A DNA stretch of 62,129 bases, filler included, from Nemertoderma westbladi (Eukaryota > Animalia > Xenacoelomorpha), in NCBI GenBank assembly GCA_032718475.1. It is 3 parts of 3 records of this genome, joined end to end, with 100 filler letters (N's around TTAATTAATTAA, not from the genome) between each part and the next. Parts side by side here need not be neighbours in the genome. Positions count along the whole stretch, not along the records: positions 1 to 18,696 come from JAUCBJ010003914.1; 2 more parts are not named here. One strand, 5' to 3'. The translations under genes were made by a program, and so were the position numbers. This document shows positions 1 to 12,900 of this stretch, piece after piece. Numbering within the stretch: the first letter of the stretch is position 1; each line of letters opens with the position of its first letter. Under the pieces are notes generated by a model. That model saw nothing but the letters and a program-made list of their open reading frames with translations. It was not told the DNA's origin and did not search any database.

Positions 1-189
1 ATAGTATTATTTTATATGTAACCTAGTAAATTATCTACATTTTTTCGCTGCAGCTTTAAAAGTGTACATTGATTTAATATTATTTCAATACCCATAATCT
101 ACATCGGCATACGATGCGTTGGCGTTGAATCACACATCTCCACATAGATGTATCAGCAGTTACTCGCACAGTTTCGAAACTTCGCATAG

Positions 190-720
190 TTATAACTGTA
201 TAAAGATCGTCAGTCTTGGTTTAGGAAAAATATTTTAATGCAAAACAGGACGAGCGACGAGCGCAACGAGGCATAAATGAAGACGAGTACTGTATAGACT
301 ATATTCCTATTAACCATACCTGGCTTCGCATATTGAAGGCATCAGTAGTTATAAAGATCGTCCGTCAGTCTGCGTTTAGGAAATATGTTTAAATATAATA
401 CAGGACGAGCACAACGACGTTTATAATAATGAAGACGAGTACTGCCTACTGCGTTGATTATATTCCTATAAACCATACCTGGCTTCGCCTATTGAAGGCA
501 TCGGTAGTTATAAAGTATTGGTGGGTGGGACTGGGAAGGGTGGGGGGGGGGGGGGGGGTGCAGATTAAAAGGGGTGAACACGTACTGTCCCCCTTTCTTT
601 GATGGATTGATGGTGTGGGTAAATTTCTCAAAACCTGATTTTGTGATACAGTCGCTCAATTTTAATCTGTATCTGATAACTGAGCCTCGTCCTGCGCGAA
701 GGCCCCACGAACGTGTTATA
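190..720. repeat. Dispersed repeat with an internal ~160-bp tandem duplication; inverted copy at ~50545-50940, partial copy at ~11725-11805
   Basis: The block gttataaagatcgt...gaagacgagtactg...ccatacctggcttcgc occurs twice (190-350, 350-515). gtgcagattaaaaggggtgaacacgtactgtccccctttcttt appears reverse-complemented at ~50660-50705. Confidence 0.75.
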
Positions 721-1479
721 ATAGCCAACCACTCTAATCAAAGGGGTAACGGCTTAGGTTATATTGAACCTAAGTAAATCTATCCAATCAGGAATTACAA
801 CATTTTAGTTGCCCAGCTAACAGGTTGCTTATCATTATTATTATTTAGTAGGTTGATATTGTTTAGTGGGCCTGGTCAAGGTATTTTACTAGCTATCACC
901 TATACCGGTACTACTATTTAAAACATTAAATAGTACAATAATGCTGCCTTAAATATACAATAATGTAATACAATATTAACTATATGATGACGATCAATAA
1001 AGTACGGTTTTATTTTACGGTGAACGAGTTACAGTATTTTACATTCTAAGTGAAACGAGGAATATAAAAATACAATACAAATATTAAAACATTAAATACA
1101 ATATTTTTGGGATTTTATTCAGTTATTATTATTGTTGGAGTACACAAGGTGAAATAGTTGACTCTCATCAATTGTTAACATGTCCGGCTGTTGAATGTTA
1201 TGCAGGGAAACCACGAAATTGGATGTATCCTGCTGGAGATCATTATAATTAACTGCTGCGTCAGACATTGAGGAATTCTGGGGTGGTGGAATCGGTATGT
1301 TCACCAAACGTAGTTTTTCTTTGGTCTTAATTGTCTGAAGATATATTAAGTACCGATTTTCTCGTATCATTTCGAGCTGTTGCCGCTGTAAACTCAGCCC
1401 AAGCGGTTCCTGTGTGGAATCTAGACAGCTACGCTTGGTGTTTGGCACAATGCTGGCACCATTACTCAATCCTGTGCCA

Positions 1480-2500
1480 TTTTCCACAGAACAGACACAG
1501 AACCATTGAAGTGTTATGGGGCGTCCTCCAAGGAGAGACACTTGCACCATTCTTGTTCATTATTGTGGTTGACTATGTTCTACGCATGTCCTTAGATCAT
1601 CATAATGATGATGGGGTGATGATGATAACTCCACCTACTGGCTCCAGAAGTCGAGGAAATCCTGCCAAGTACCTAACTGATCTAGACTTTACTGATGACT
1701 TAGGAGTACTCTCAGAATCATTAGAGGGAACCCAAAGGCTCCTCAGCTCATTAGAAGATGCTGCTTCTAGTGTTGGTCTTTTTATTAACTCCAGAAAGCC
1801 CACAATTTTGACAGTTAACTTTGAAAGTCCTCAGCAAGTCTCTGATCGGATGAGCATAAGCTCAAAGGATGGTATGCTTGAGCATGTGGACGACTTCTGT
1901 TACCTGGGATCATGGATCTGGAAGTCAAGTGAGTACCTTCGAATACGTAAGGGAAAGGCATGGGCAGCCTTGAATAGGCTTTCCAGGATTTGGAAGTCAC
2001 CGAGAATTAATCGGAAACTTAAGGTCCGATTATTTAGAGCAGCAGTAGTTCCAGTACTCCTCTACGGGAGTCCATGCTGGGCTCTAACTGCTGAGGACAC
2101 CAAATCTCTGGATGTCACATTCACAAGAATGCTACGCCGGGTTCATTGTGTCAAGTACAATGCACACATCTCCAACCAGACACTATATAACATTGGAGGT
2201 GTCTCATTGGTACCCCCAAGCTTGACACTAGAACAAATTCGCCTCCGCTTTGCAGGACATTGCTTTCGCCGTGAGGACCAGCCAGTGCATAATCTTGTAC
2301 TTTGGCAGCCTCATGGAGTGAATAAGCATGGTGGACAGCCCATGACTTTCTTGAGACGCATCTTAAAGGACACTGGCCTTGAAGATGCAGATGTCATGGG
2401 TGATAGTCATAGGCAATTTTGTTGACAAGCCGGCACAGCATTCTTAAAAATGCAGCTGCAATGCAGCATGCCGATCCTAGTTGTAGTAGGTGTAGTAGTA
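1480..2500 (+). mobile_element. 5'-truncated RTE-like non-LTR retrotransposon (RT C-terminal half plus (TAG)n tail)
   Basis: ORF 1331-2425 contains GVLQGETLAPFLF, LDFTDD and YLGS RT motifs. It ends in a tagtag-type tail. A near-identical copy lies at 41421-42293. Confidence 0.9.
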
Positions 2501-3325
2501 GTGCAGTGAAACGTATGCTCACCATCTGCAATCGCGCCTGATTCCTACTTCGCACCAGATATATTCACCTAACTGTGTATGTACTCCACTGTGATATCTT
2601 GTTCGTGGGATCAATGTTAGTTCGTCGCCCCATACTGTCTTCATGACTAATAATATATATAAGTTAAGGTAATAATCACCCGCGATACAGAACTCAACTT
2701 ACTGACTATAACTAACAGTGTAAGCTTTCATTATAAGGCTTTTATAACCTAATAGGATGTGAATATCTTCCTAATATTATTAATATATTATATTATTACC
2801 TTTGGTTTTTATTTTGCAGTTTATATACAGGCAGTACGCAACTTTACACCAAATTAGTATATTAGTAAAATTAAATTATAAATATATATACATTTAAAAT
2901 TAGACTCCTGAAACAATAATACTAGGGGTGTTGTAATATAAGCTTGCTCCTAACTCCCCTAGTATTATACATTATAGTATACATTAAAATCAAATTATAT
3001 TACTGTTAAATCCATGTAACATGAGACTATAACATAAACTACGATTAATTAATTTAAAGTAATTAATCAGACAAATATTACGACAGTATAAAATAATGAT
3101 TTAAGTGATTTAAGTGAAGCAACTAATCTGTAACTAATGAAGTAAATGAAGCAATAATGATGGATCCAAAAACGAGTTTAAAGTGAACAGGTAGAAAGTG
3201 GGAACGTGCAATAACATATCAAAAGAAAGAACAAAATATAAGTTACGTAAAAGGGGGCTTTAATGGTCAAGCCAACATATAATTCAACCTTATTGTTTAT
3301 TTTTAATTAACTTTTACCGGCTTAA

Positions 3326-4468
3326 GGGGGGTGGGGGTAGCGCATTTTCTGACCAAAAAGTCGAATTTTTGAAACATATCCTATCTGATGCAGAATTTCA
3401 TGCTGAATCCAAATATGGAAACCGTTTTCCCATATGTTGCTTAGTTTTCGAGATATCTGGGATAGAAGATACTGGCTCCGATACATCGCGATATCAGTAA
3501 AGGAGATGAAGTTTGGGGTTTGCATTCAATTTCTGCAAATTTCTGTGCTCAGTGGTGCTAATTGGATGCCTCCACGAGAAAGAGCATAAAATTTTAATTG
3601 AGAAGGTATTTTTTTATGATTATTGGACCTACTGATCAGTTTATAAGACAATTTCAAGTCTCCGGAATGAAGACGGGACTCGAATAAGCGACTCTGCGGT
3701 CTTTGCGGGATTACACGGAATAGACTTATCAGTCATCGGAGATCTTCAAAATGTATAATCTCCAGTTCTAGTGGTCGTACGAAGTACGACGTTTAGGCTC
3801 ATTCGAAAGCTCTTTTCTTAGAGAACAAAGTTACCATTTGATTTAAGACAAAATGGTTCTAAAGCAACATAACATGAATTTTGGTAAAATATGCCTTGCA
3901 AATTTTGTTCAAGTTATGATTGCTCAGGCAGCTTTCAAGAGTTTGCCAAACCAAATGGTAACTTTGTTCTCTAAGAAAAGAGCTTTCGAATGAGCCTAAA
4001 ACGAACTTCGTACGACCACTAGAACTGGAGATTATACATTTTGAAGATCTCCGATGACCGATAAGTCTATTCCGTGTAATCCCGCAAAGACCGCGAGTCG
4101 CTTATTCGAGTCCAATCTTCATTCCGGAGACTTGAAGTTGTCTTATATACTGACAAGTAGGTCCAATAATCATAAAAAAATACCTTCTCAACTAAAATTT
4201 TGTGCTCTTTCTCGTGGAGACATCCAATTGGCGCCAATGAGCACAGAAATTTGCAGAAATTGAATGCAAACCCAAACTTCATCCCCTTTACCGATATCGC
4301 AATATATCGGAGCCAGTATCTTCTATCCATGATAACTCGAAAACTAAGCAAGATATGGGAAAACGGTTTCCATATTTGGATTCAGCATAAAATTCTGCAT
4401 CAGATAGGATATGTTTCAAAAATTCGTCTTTTTGGTCAGAAAATGCGATACCCCCCCCCCCCCCCCCC
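3326..4468. mobile_element. Foldback/MITE with ~520-bp inverted arms and TTAA target site (Kolobok-like, GG termini)
   Basis: TTAA at 3322-3325 and 4469-4472. 3326-3840 is the reverse complement of 3952-4468, which is why the ORF track shows mirror ORFs. Confidence 0.9.
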
Positions 4469-4499
4469 TTAATATCAAAAATAGTTTACCTGTATCAAA

Positions 4500-4895
4500 T
4501 TCTAGGGGAGATTAAGAGAGAGAAGATCCAGGTGTGTTGGAATCCAAATGCACCACGACTGTTCACGACCAGCACGGGGAGGAACCCAGGTTGTTAGCAA
4601 AGGAGAAGGGAGCTTCAGCATGGGGGGCGCTTCCAATAGCTAAGCTCAGATCGGACTGTCTCTACACAAAGTCGCTTTCAGGGACTGTCTGTGCCTATAC
4701 TTTGGTAGAGCCCCACCGCGCCTGTCAGCAACCTGTGTTTCTGGGTCCTCTTTTATCATGTCACATTCGCATCACTGTCCAGGAGTGGGATGCTTTCCAA
4801 TACTTCGGCATAACGATGTCCGGGACCTCCTTAGCGATTTACAAACGGATCTCTTTCATGATGTCCAAATCGAGCCACTCCTTCAGCTGTGGAGG
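4500..4895 (+). mobile_element. Fragment of an RLE-type (CRE-like) non-LTR retrotransposon, C-terminal region
   Basis: Frameshifted peptides EKGASAW..ALP and SHSHHC..G.FPILRHNDVRDLL..L....HDVQIEPLLQ resemble the CCHC/RHN region that precedes the restriction-like endonuclease. Confidence 0.65.
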
Positions 4896-5049
4896 CTGCA
4901 ATTTAATTTTATGATTTTTTTTCTCTCAATATTGGCTGCAATTTAATTTTATGATTTTTTTTCTCTCAATATTTTAGTGTTGTGGCGAATTAATCTTTTG
5001 CGAATGGGATATGACTAGCTATTTTATCTTACTTTGTTATCTGCCTTAA

Positions 5050-6303
5050 TCCTATTACCACTGGGGTGTTTTGTTTAGAACATTAGCAGCACTAGTATGG
5101 GGTCGATTCGGCCTCCCCCACCCCCCCCCCCCCCCCCCCCCCTGTATTTTTGTAACCATCCAATAAAATCCTACGAAATTTTTAGGCTGTAGGTGAAAAG
5201 ATTATCGAAGAACATTTTCAAATCCAAAAAAAAAAAATTTCATAAGGTGGGTATAATAATTTTCATGAAAAATAGAAGTAGTCCCAGGACAAAATATACA
5301 TTTTTTTGATTTTCTAAAAACTGATAGTGTGGCATTGTTGACTAGCATTAGTAGATTTTTCACTACGCTGAATCGATTGTGATTATATTCCATTTCCGAA
5401 AATTGAACTGGATGCTATTTTTCGTGCACCTAAGAAGTGTGCGTGGCACTTCAAATTTTGAAAAATATGATATTCGGAATATACCCCTACCCCCCCCCCC
5501 CCCCGCCCCATCTTTTGATTTCAACGCGTTTTTATAGGTTTTTTGAACCACTGAATCGATTGAAAATATTATCGAAGCCTGAAAACTTAGTGGAACGTCC
5601 TTTTTGGAGCACCAAAATTAGGGTGTGGCACTTCAAATATTGAAAAATATGAGATTTGGAAAATAAACCAAAGTGGAAATTTCAACGCACATTTATAGGT
5701 TTTCTCGACCGCTGAATTGAAAGTATTATAGAAGCCTGAATGAAGACTTAGTGGTTCATCATTTTTGGTGCACCAAAATTAGGGAGTGGCACTTATTCAA
5801 ATTTTGAAAAAAAAGTATCACGCCCTAATTGTGGTGTACAAGTAATGACGTACCACTAAGACTTGAAGCTTCAATATTACTTTCAATCGATTCAGCGGTC
5901 CAGATAACCTATAAAAATGGATTGAAATGAAAACCTTGTGGTATTTTCTGAATATCGTAATTTTGAAAAATTTTGAAAAGTGCCACGCCCTAATTTTAGT
6001 GCACCAAAAATGGCGTACCACTTCCCTTACATACTTATATCGAGTAGTAGAGTGCTCCATACGAATCAGAATCAATAAAAAAAAGCCCCAACATAAAGAA
6101 TTACTAAATCACAAATGACCTTGTGAAATTCGAAAATTTCAAAACAATTTCTGCTGGAAACCAAATTTTGAGGTGGCACCCACATCGAAAAGTTAAATCG
6201 TAAAAAATTGGGCTGGTACATAATGTGGTTACATAGATACAGCAATTAAAAAATAGGAAGGGGCCGATTCCCCCCCCTCCCCCCCCCCCCAGTGGTAATA
6301 GGG
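5050..6303. mobile_element. piggyBac-like non-autonomous element (TTAA TSD)
   Basis: TTAA|tcctattaccactgggg on the left and ccccagtggtaataggg|TTAA on the right. Internal direct and inverted subrepeats (gcaccaaaattagggtgtggcactt). Confidence 0.8.
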
Positions 6304-6802
6304 TTAACAATCAGTGTTTCAATCAATATACCCCAATTGTAGGCCTGCACTTAATTATCTACTGGTATATATATATAATTACTATAAAAAAAACAATCAG
6401 TTATCACAATTAATTAGTTACAGTAATGTTTACAGTTATTATTAATTATGACTATTATTTATTTTTTTTTTAATTATATTTCATTAATTTCACATTATTA
6501 ACGTATAACAAAAATGCACAAATTATAATATAATCATGTCGCATGATATTAATGAATACAGTCGAATGGGGTGTTAACTAGGGTTAGAGCCAGAAATAAC
6601 AGATAACTTAAATCTACTAGATACTAGATTTGGGACGAATCCCCCATCACCGATCTAGAGACAACGCCAGCGGGTTTGAACAGATCTAAAGCAAGTGCAG
6701 GTGCGTGGTGCAGAGAGTGGCAAAAGAGAGAAATCACAGACATTAGGAGCTGCAACATTATGATTTTTATTATTATCATGCAATTGGCTTTATACAAATT
6801 CA

Positions 6803-6927
6803 CTAATGAAACTTGGTGGAAAGTCTATGAAATAGTTTATGCAGCAGCCTCACTACGCACTCGACAAACTCGCACATTGTAAGAATACTCGCCCCCAAGT
6901 AAAGTCCTAGAGTTCCTCCAATTTCAG
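6803..6927 (-). CDS. DEG/ENaC last exon (TM2 with GAS selectivity filter)
   Basis: ttcag acceptor; EIGGTLGLYLGASILTMCEFVECVVRLLHKLFHRLSTKFH*. Confidence 0.92.
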
Positions 6928-9900
6928 CTGAAATGTAATTAAAATAGAAAATGTTTTTAAATATTTTAATAAATATTTTATCCGAAAATTGTTCGCATTC
7001 TGAAATAGTGTGAAGGACACATCGGAGTCTACTACGGGGCACGGGAAAGCTCGGGAAGGTGCCCTTAAGTTGTCTCGAATTAAACAGATGTAACAGATAC
7101 TATATAATAGGAAGAAGACATCAGTGTTTACTATGAAAGATATTCAAAACTACTTAAACGTATAGCATAATAAAATCAACATTGTAAAATAATTGTTCCA
7201 TCATCAAAGAAAATAACATACCGGTACTCAAAGTCATGATCTAGCGGCATTATAAGATTATATATACAGTTCTCCTCGAGTATATATACTCCTCGAGTGT
7301 AATCCTATAAAGTGGTTCATTTCAAAACTTTGAGACACAACTGATATTTATGACAGTGCATCAACGATAATGATCTATTTAGTACAAATTAGTGAGCAGA
7401 TATTTACTAACGAAACATCTCCAGACATCCATCGTAGACCAATTTCTCAGTGACCTCAGTATAATCGTTATAATCCATATATATATGTACCAGAATAACG
7501 TTGTTGTTCATTGCTTTTCTAAATACAAAAATTTATAAATAAATTATATTAACTATTTTGGCAAAAAGTAACCTTTAACATTCTTTGTTTTACGAACGAT
7601 GGAACGAACTTTTAGTGAGTGCAACTAAAAAAAAATTCAGTAGAACTATTAACTTTCTGGTGACTTTTCCATATGAATTAATACTATGTAAGACAGCTAA
7701 ACAATATTCAAATGACACTTTTTGAATTTCCTAAAGAATTTCATGGTGCTGAAATGACAGACAAATATGTATATGTAGTACTGTGTAGTTATATAATGAT
7801 TTTAACTTATTTGATTCATTGATTTCTTTAATGACGAAATCGGATTGATATATAGTATAGTACAAGTATACACATAATAAAAAGCACTTCGAAACTATAA
7901 ATGTGCACACAGTCGTGCTAATTAAGCACCACAAAGTAAAAACTGATGACAAACTATTCCAAAGAGTAATTCAGCAAACACTAAAAAGATTGTGAGGTAT
8001 GCAGATCGACAATCTTGGAATAAATATTGATGAGCCACTTCCATGAGCCACTTTCATTGATTCCTTTTAAATATGTTTCTGCTACTTATTGGGGACAATC
8101 CGCGAATTGTTTTGACCATTTCAACTAGATCGGTTCGTAAACACCGAGCTTCAAATCATTTCCATTTTAGCTTTTTCATTCTCCCGGTGTAACTAAGCCC
8201 ACTCATGCCAGGTTCCCAGGTAAGTAGCATACAATGTCTCTGCATTCGTCCTAGAATGTTTATGTATTTTTCTAAATACGGGCACCAGATTGTTGTATAG
8301 AGAAAAAACTGGAATGAATCTTCATGATGACCATAAGAATGGGGAATATGTCCAAATACATTTTTCCCTTGGATACAATAATGTGCAACAGGGTCGCTAA
8401 ATACTGGGTTAAGTATGCCGAAATCACGAGCTATGAATTCCATTTGCCAAGATTGTGCCGATTCGAGAATGGTGTTATTGGTGATAATTCATCTGCGGGC
8501 GAATAAACAGGCTGATATAATTTAATTTTTCTTTCACTTAAAATATTATTCCCAATATCATTTATAAACAATATGAAGAAAAGTGGAGCATTGACACTAC
8601 TGGACTGGTGACCAGTATAGGGCTTGAAAATAACCTTTTATGACAGTGGGTTGATGGTGATTGCTGAGAAAGGCACTTTACCATTTCAGTAGAGTTCCTT
8701 CAATACCAAGAGATTGCAATTTAAATATAAGTTTCTGGTGTGAATCATTATCAATATATATCTTATATATTATATATCTTATTATTTATTATATATAATA
8801 TCTTATGATTAAGATATTATCTATATAGACAATGTCGACAGGGATTCCCACATTTCTGTAGTTACCCACCCAAGCTAAAGAGCTCTAAAGGATCTGGGTA
8901 ACTTTCTCACTCCGTATAAACCTATTTATTATTTATTTATTCTTTAAACCGCACCGGGGAGGCACATAACTACTGTACAAATAACAACAAAAGGAAACCT
9001 CGGTAGAGCACAATATTACATACAAAAAAAGGAAAACTAGAAATTATAAAAAGTAGATTTCAACAAAAAAATTACAAAAAGCATCACAGCACAAAAAATC
9101 GGGAAATTGGTCTGCAGACAGTGTAAACAGCTTGCATCAAATTATTACTACTGAGCTTAATATGTTGGTGTAAAGAAATAACGTTGTTTAGGACTGAGTA
9201 TGATGTCAACAAGTCTCTGATAATGGTTTCCTTCTCTTTACATAGATGTTGGCGATACTGGACGGCAATTGTCAGGGTCTGCCTTTGATCCTTTGTTCTT
9301 ATAGATAGGGACAATGTGAGCCAAATGCATTTCACTAAGTACATAATAATCATTGTCAAAAAATGCTGGAATAATATTTGTAATAGATCAGCCACCAGAG
9401 ACTGAGTTATGCAGTGGTTATTATTTGCAGGTTTTTGTTGGAATCTTGTCTGGACCGGGTGACTTGTTTACATTGAATGCATAAGAATTCGAAGGTGGCT
9501 GAGGTATGATGCCGTTATCCACAGTGAAGGCATATTTGAATTTTTCATACTATCAACCAACAACAGTATCACCATTTCAATTTATCATAGTAGGAAATTA
9601 ATTCTTTCTGAAAAGATTAGATCCGGTGTATGCGCCAGAATTTCTTTTAATTCATGCGTAGTATTCTATTTTTTCTTATTCATTGGTCATGGATGCACAT
9701 TGGATGCGTTACATTATTATGCAGCATTGAGGAACTGATTGTATAGCCACCACCACCTTTGCATTCTCACGTATTAGAACTAGCTCTCATAGCCTAGCCA
9801 TAGAACAAGGACGATACAACCGCACTCCAAGAGAAGAACGGCTTTGCAAGAGTGGTTCGGTCAAGGATGAATCACACTTCGCTCTTAAATGTCCAAACTA

Positions 9901-12900
9901 TTCCGATTATCACTGTAGCTTCTTCAGTTTTGATAATCTAGAGTAACTTTATCTGATATTATGGACAAGCCAGGATTACCAACTTTTATATCCAGCCTTC
10001 TTAAACAAGTTAAAGTTAAAACAAGTTAAAAAGTACATTCGTATACCAGCTTGCTAACCCCCATTACCTGAACTTCCTGTCTGCTTGTAATTTATGTTTG
10101 TTTGTCCTTTCGTTGTAAAATATAGTACATTTGTTTGACTGGCTTGCTAACCCCCACACCGCCATCTGTTCTGTTTCTGTAATTCGTTTTTCTAATGTTT
10201 GTAATATGTTTGTTGACGTTTTTGTCTGTATGTATGATGTGGATATGGCTCCTGAACTGCTTACACAATAGTGTTTGGTGGCGCAGGTTCGAATCCGACT
10301 AAAGGCTGTAGAAATTTCGCACTGTTGTGTCCCTAGGCAAGACACTTTAGACATTAGTGCCTACGTCAACCCAGCGGTATAATGGGAACCTGGCTTTGCT
10401 GGGGTAATGATAATAAAAGCGCTTTGAGTATGCCGAGCATAATAAAGCGCTATATAAATAACCAATATTATTATTATTATTATTATTATGTTTGTGCATA
10501 ATCGACTTTTGATTCTGTTCTATGTTTAGACATTTATTTTTGTTAAATTGTATTGACAAATAGTATGGACATCAGTCTTCACTCGCTTATTGCCCACATC
10601 CTGTGTTAGTTATTACAGTACAATCATCACGTTTTGTTTTCCATTTATCCATTTGTTTTCCTACATATCGTATTGTGGGACGAACGATGAAAGTAAGCGA
10701 GCTTAGCATACGGGTACCACTAACTCAATCGGTGTGTCTGTTGATCTGTGGTTCTGTTGATCTGTTGTGTCCAATTTTAAACGTTAATAACTCAGCCAAA
10801 TCTCGATAAAATATATCCAAACTTGGTACATATGTAGTCTGGCAAAAGTTAGAAATTTTCCAAGTTGAATTTGCGTGGGGTCTTCGTACAGCATCTGTGT
10901 AACTGTCTTGCAGTTATAATACATTTATTTACCCAAAAATTATTAGGCTTGGCATCAGCTGGTTGCCAGGAGACTGCAGGATATATCAGGTGGGTTTGAA
11001 ATTCAGCAATACTGGTACAATGCAGCAATAATGTGGCCTTGGCTACTTGGGAGGTGTGGTAGGCCTATTTCACTTTCTTCAGCCATTCCAGAATTTCCAG
11101 ATGGCAGAGTTCAGAGTATTCAGTTATTCGCGACTATTCAGCCATATCATGTACCAGTACGGTACCTTAATTTTATTAAACATATGTTTTACAGTACAGT
11201 ACCGGTACTGTTACAGTGGTACTGGCACAGAGTTACCGGTACCATATTCAGGTCTTTGGCGCCACCCACCAATCGGCTCAGCAAAGGCAACCATGCAGCC
11301 ACGGAAGTTTTGAAATTATGCGAACTTAACTCTGAGTGACATATTATTGTCAGGTTGTACCAGCTGACCTTTATTCCATGTTCTGTTATCCACTACTGCA
11401 CTAGGTACCCCAACAGCCCAGTACTGCAATACCCAGCCATTTTGGAATTGTACCGGTACTCAAACAACTTGCCATCAAGGCCACTGCCTCTGTCTGTCGT
11501 AGTGTCGCTGGCGACCTCGACTTTTGGTATCGCTACTGTGCTAGCGCTACTGGCAAACTGGACTAACCGATGAGTGAGACCCGAGGACTGAGAATGCATT
11601 GAATTTTTTGAGTAGTTTGACAGTGGACTTATATGACATCGATGCCAAGCTGCCAATGCAAAAGTTTTTTTTTAAGTAAATGTGGTTAAATTTTCTTAAT
11701 TATTTATTTAAATTTCTTAAGTACCGATTTTGGGATAGAATTGCTCAATTTTAATCTGTATCTAATAACTGAGCCTCATCCTGCGTGATGGCCCCATGAA
11801 CGTGTTTTGTTGATTCGACCATTATTGCACATCTCACTGTCTTCTTTTTTCTGCTGTTGACATCTCTTCCATTTCATTAGTTATACTGCTGTTTTTTTTT
11901 GCTATTCGTATTTCTTGTGTATCGCTATTGTGTTTTCTTTTTGATGTTCATATATCATATCTTATTTATAATACCATGTATCAACCCTGTCCCATTTCCA
12001 CTCTATCTATGTTCAGAAATTTTGTGTCGTTAGTCTTTGGTCATGCTTGCCTTATATTGTCTAACTTATAGTCATGTTTCTTGTCAAGTACTGTTCGTAG
12101 GACCTCGTTTAGTTACGTTTTGTTTGTATGTTTTGTTAAACTTGTTCTTATTTTTAGGTCAATAAACACTTACATACATACATATATGTGGATGTTCTTA
12201 ATTTACTTTCAGTGTGATGAATTTTTCTAAGCAATTTCTTTATCATAGGATACTCTTTGTCCTTGGTCAGGCGGTTTATAGGAACACATATTTTATGATG
12301 GAATTCAGGACCAGTCAATACATTGAGAATTAATTCTCCAGTTAAAATAACCGGGCATTCAAATTCAATAGGGAAATAATAGTTTCATGAAACAGCTGAA
12401 ATGATCACTCCTTATGTAAGACAGATAAACAGTTTCAATTCTTACGTATTTTATAAGCAAATAGATCCACCCAAATACTTTCACCATTCGGTTTATAATT
12501 TACATCCACCTGAACTGCTTTTAGATCCTGGGATATTAGGAGTGCGACACCATCACCTCTGTTGAAACCAGATCTGGTACATCTAAAAAATATCAAAACT
12601 CTGCACCTGCAAAAATGTGAACAGAATCACCATTAAGTACATTAGTTTTGGATAAACAATAACTAAGTGTGCGAAGGATTGATAAAAGAGAAATCATAGA
12701 GCCTTTATGTGAGTTTGTCAAGATCAATGGATTTAATTGGTCAGTATTACCTGAACTTCCAGGGAAATGTCCTTGGTTTGTCGGCACAAGTATTCCATTC
12801 GAGACTGCAGATTAGTTAAATCTCGCGAAACAAACACCTTTGAGTGATTCAATGATTTTTGAAGTTTATTCTTAGATTTGAGAATCGCATCTTTACATTA

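Noticed and set aside
3322-4472. Mirror-image ORF pairs (67/90 aa)
   Set aside because: They are an artefact of the palindromic MITE, with no protein motifs.
10280-10300. tRNA gene suggested by GGTTCGAATCC
   Set aside because: No cloverleaf can be built; it is the B-box of a SINE head.
11031-11656. Cluster of short ORFs in a GC-richer, GGTAC-rich intronic segment
   Set aside because: No recognisable domain or consistent splice structure; probably unclassified repeat debris.
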